Source of the DNA: Candidatus Sericytochromatia bacterium
Lineage (GTDB): Bacteria > Cyanobacteriota > Sericytochromatia > S15B-MN24 > JAQBPE01
NCBI GenBank assembly: GCA_035285125.1
Contig: JAYKHR010000066.1
Coordinates: 128,001-192,000, forward strand
Direction of reading: 5' to 3'
DNA length: 64,000 nucleotides
Below are positions 63,706 to 64,000 of the stretch, piece after piece. A program made the position numbers and the translations under genes. The notes under the pieces were generated by a model, which saw nothing but the letters and a program-made list of their open reading frames with translations, was not told the DNA's origin and did not search any database. Within the stretch, counting starts at the first letter, position 1; each line of letters begins with the position of its first letter.

Positions 63706-64000
63706 CTACCAGGCCTTGCCGCCAAGGCCCTCGATGGCACGGAGCGCGGCCTCCCGCGCCACCTCGATGTCGGCTTCCTCGCCACCGAGGTAGACCCGGC
63801 CGAAGGCGCCGAAGGGCTGGATGTGGACGATGTTGATGTTCGCGGCCTTCTCTGCCTCGTTGGCGGCGAGCACGGCGTAGGCTGCCGGTTCAGTCTCCAT
63901 GATGAAGAGCGTCTGGCCACCGAGCAGCATGTTGCCGCGGCGGAAGTTGTTGATGATCTGGGCCTGGTAGTCCGACACGTGACGGATCACCTGGTTGCTG
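63706..64000 (-). CDS. BMC-T double-stacking shell protein (CcmP/CsoS1D-like), 3' part; start outside window
   Basis: YQAQIIN..RRGNM...[28 protein letters not shown].......[15 protein letters not shown]. Confidence 0.88.
   Translation of the reverse strand, partial: SNQVIRHVSDYQAQIINNFRRGNMLLGGQTLFIMETEPAAYAVLAANEAEKAANINIVHIQPFGAFGRVYLGGEEADIEVAREAALRAIEGLGGKAW

Noticed and set aside
59747..64000. Shell genes interpreted as a carboxysome
   Set aside because: The cargo genes are an aldehyde dehydrogenase and an aldolase; no RuBisCO, CcmM/N, CsoS2 or carbonic anhydrase is visible.

Overview
GC-rich bacterial chromosomal segment of mostly core genes. No CRISPR array, IS, integrase or prophage was seen. 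Sequence style of FtsZ, MurJ and the DUF1257/DUF2997 proteins, plus outer-membrane/LPS genes and no photosynthesis genes, suggests (inference only) a non-photosynthetic Cyanobacteriota relative such as Sericytochromatia. Contents in order: M16 peptidase end, AI-2E transporter, purine nucleoside phosphorylase, tRNA-Lys/Ser/Lys cluster, AMIN, DUF1257, HIRAN and TPR proteins, a two-gene split cytochrome b6 / subunit IV-cytochrome c operon with no adjacent Rieske gene, alr, a DUF4388 block, murJ-gmhB, lipid-modification genes, an ORF-free ~400-nt structured leader behind a canonical sigma70 promoter, a GAF/HD-GYP protein, RNase P RNA, a Firmicutes-like dcw cluster (no mraZ, murE, ddl or ftsA; with DUF881 and sbp), ileS, and a DFABC peptide ABC transporter. 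The right end holds a bacterial microcompartment operon, truncated by the window, that resembles the Haliangium ochraceum-type shell (BMC-T, BMC-H, three BMC-P, acylating aldehyde dehydrogenase with an encapsulation peptide, class II aldolase). The best candidates for something new are the microcompartment operon in this lineage and the putative structured RNA at 24.35-24.76 kb. All family calls come from motif recognition, not database searches. Several start codons were re-chosen from RBS or promoter context and are provisional.
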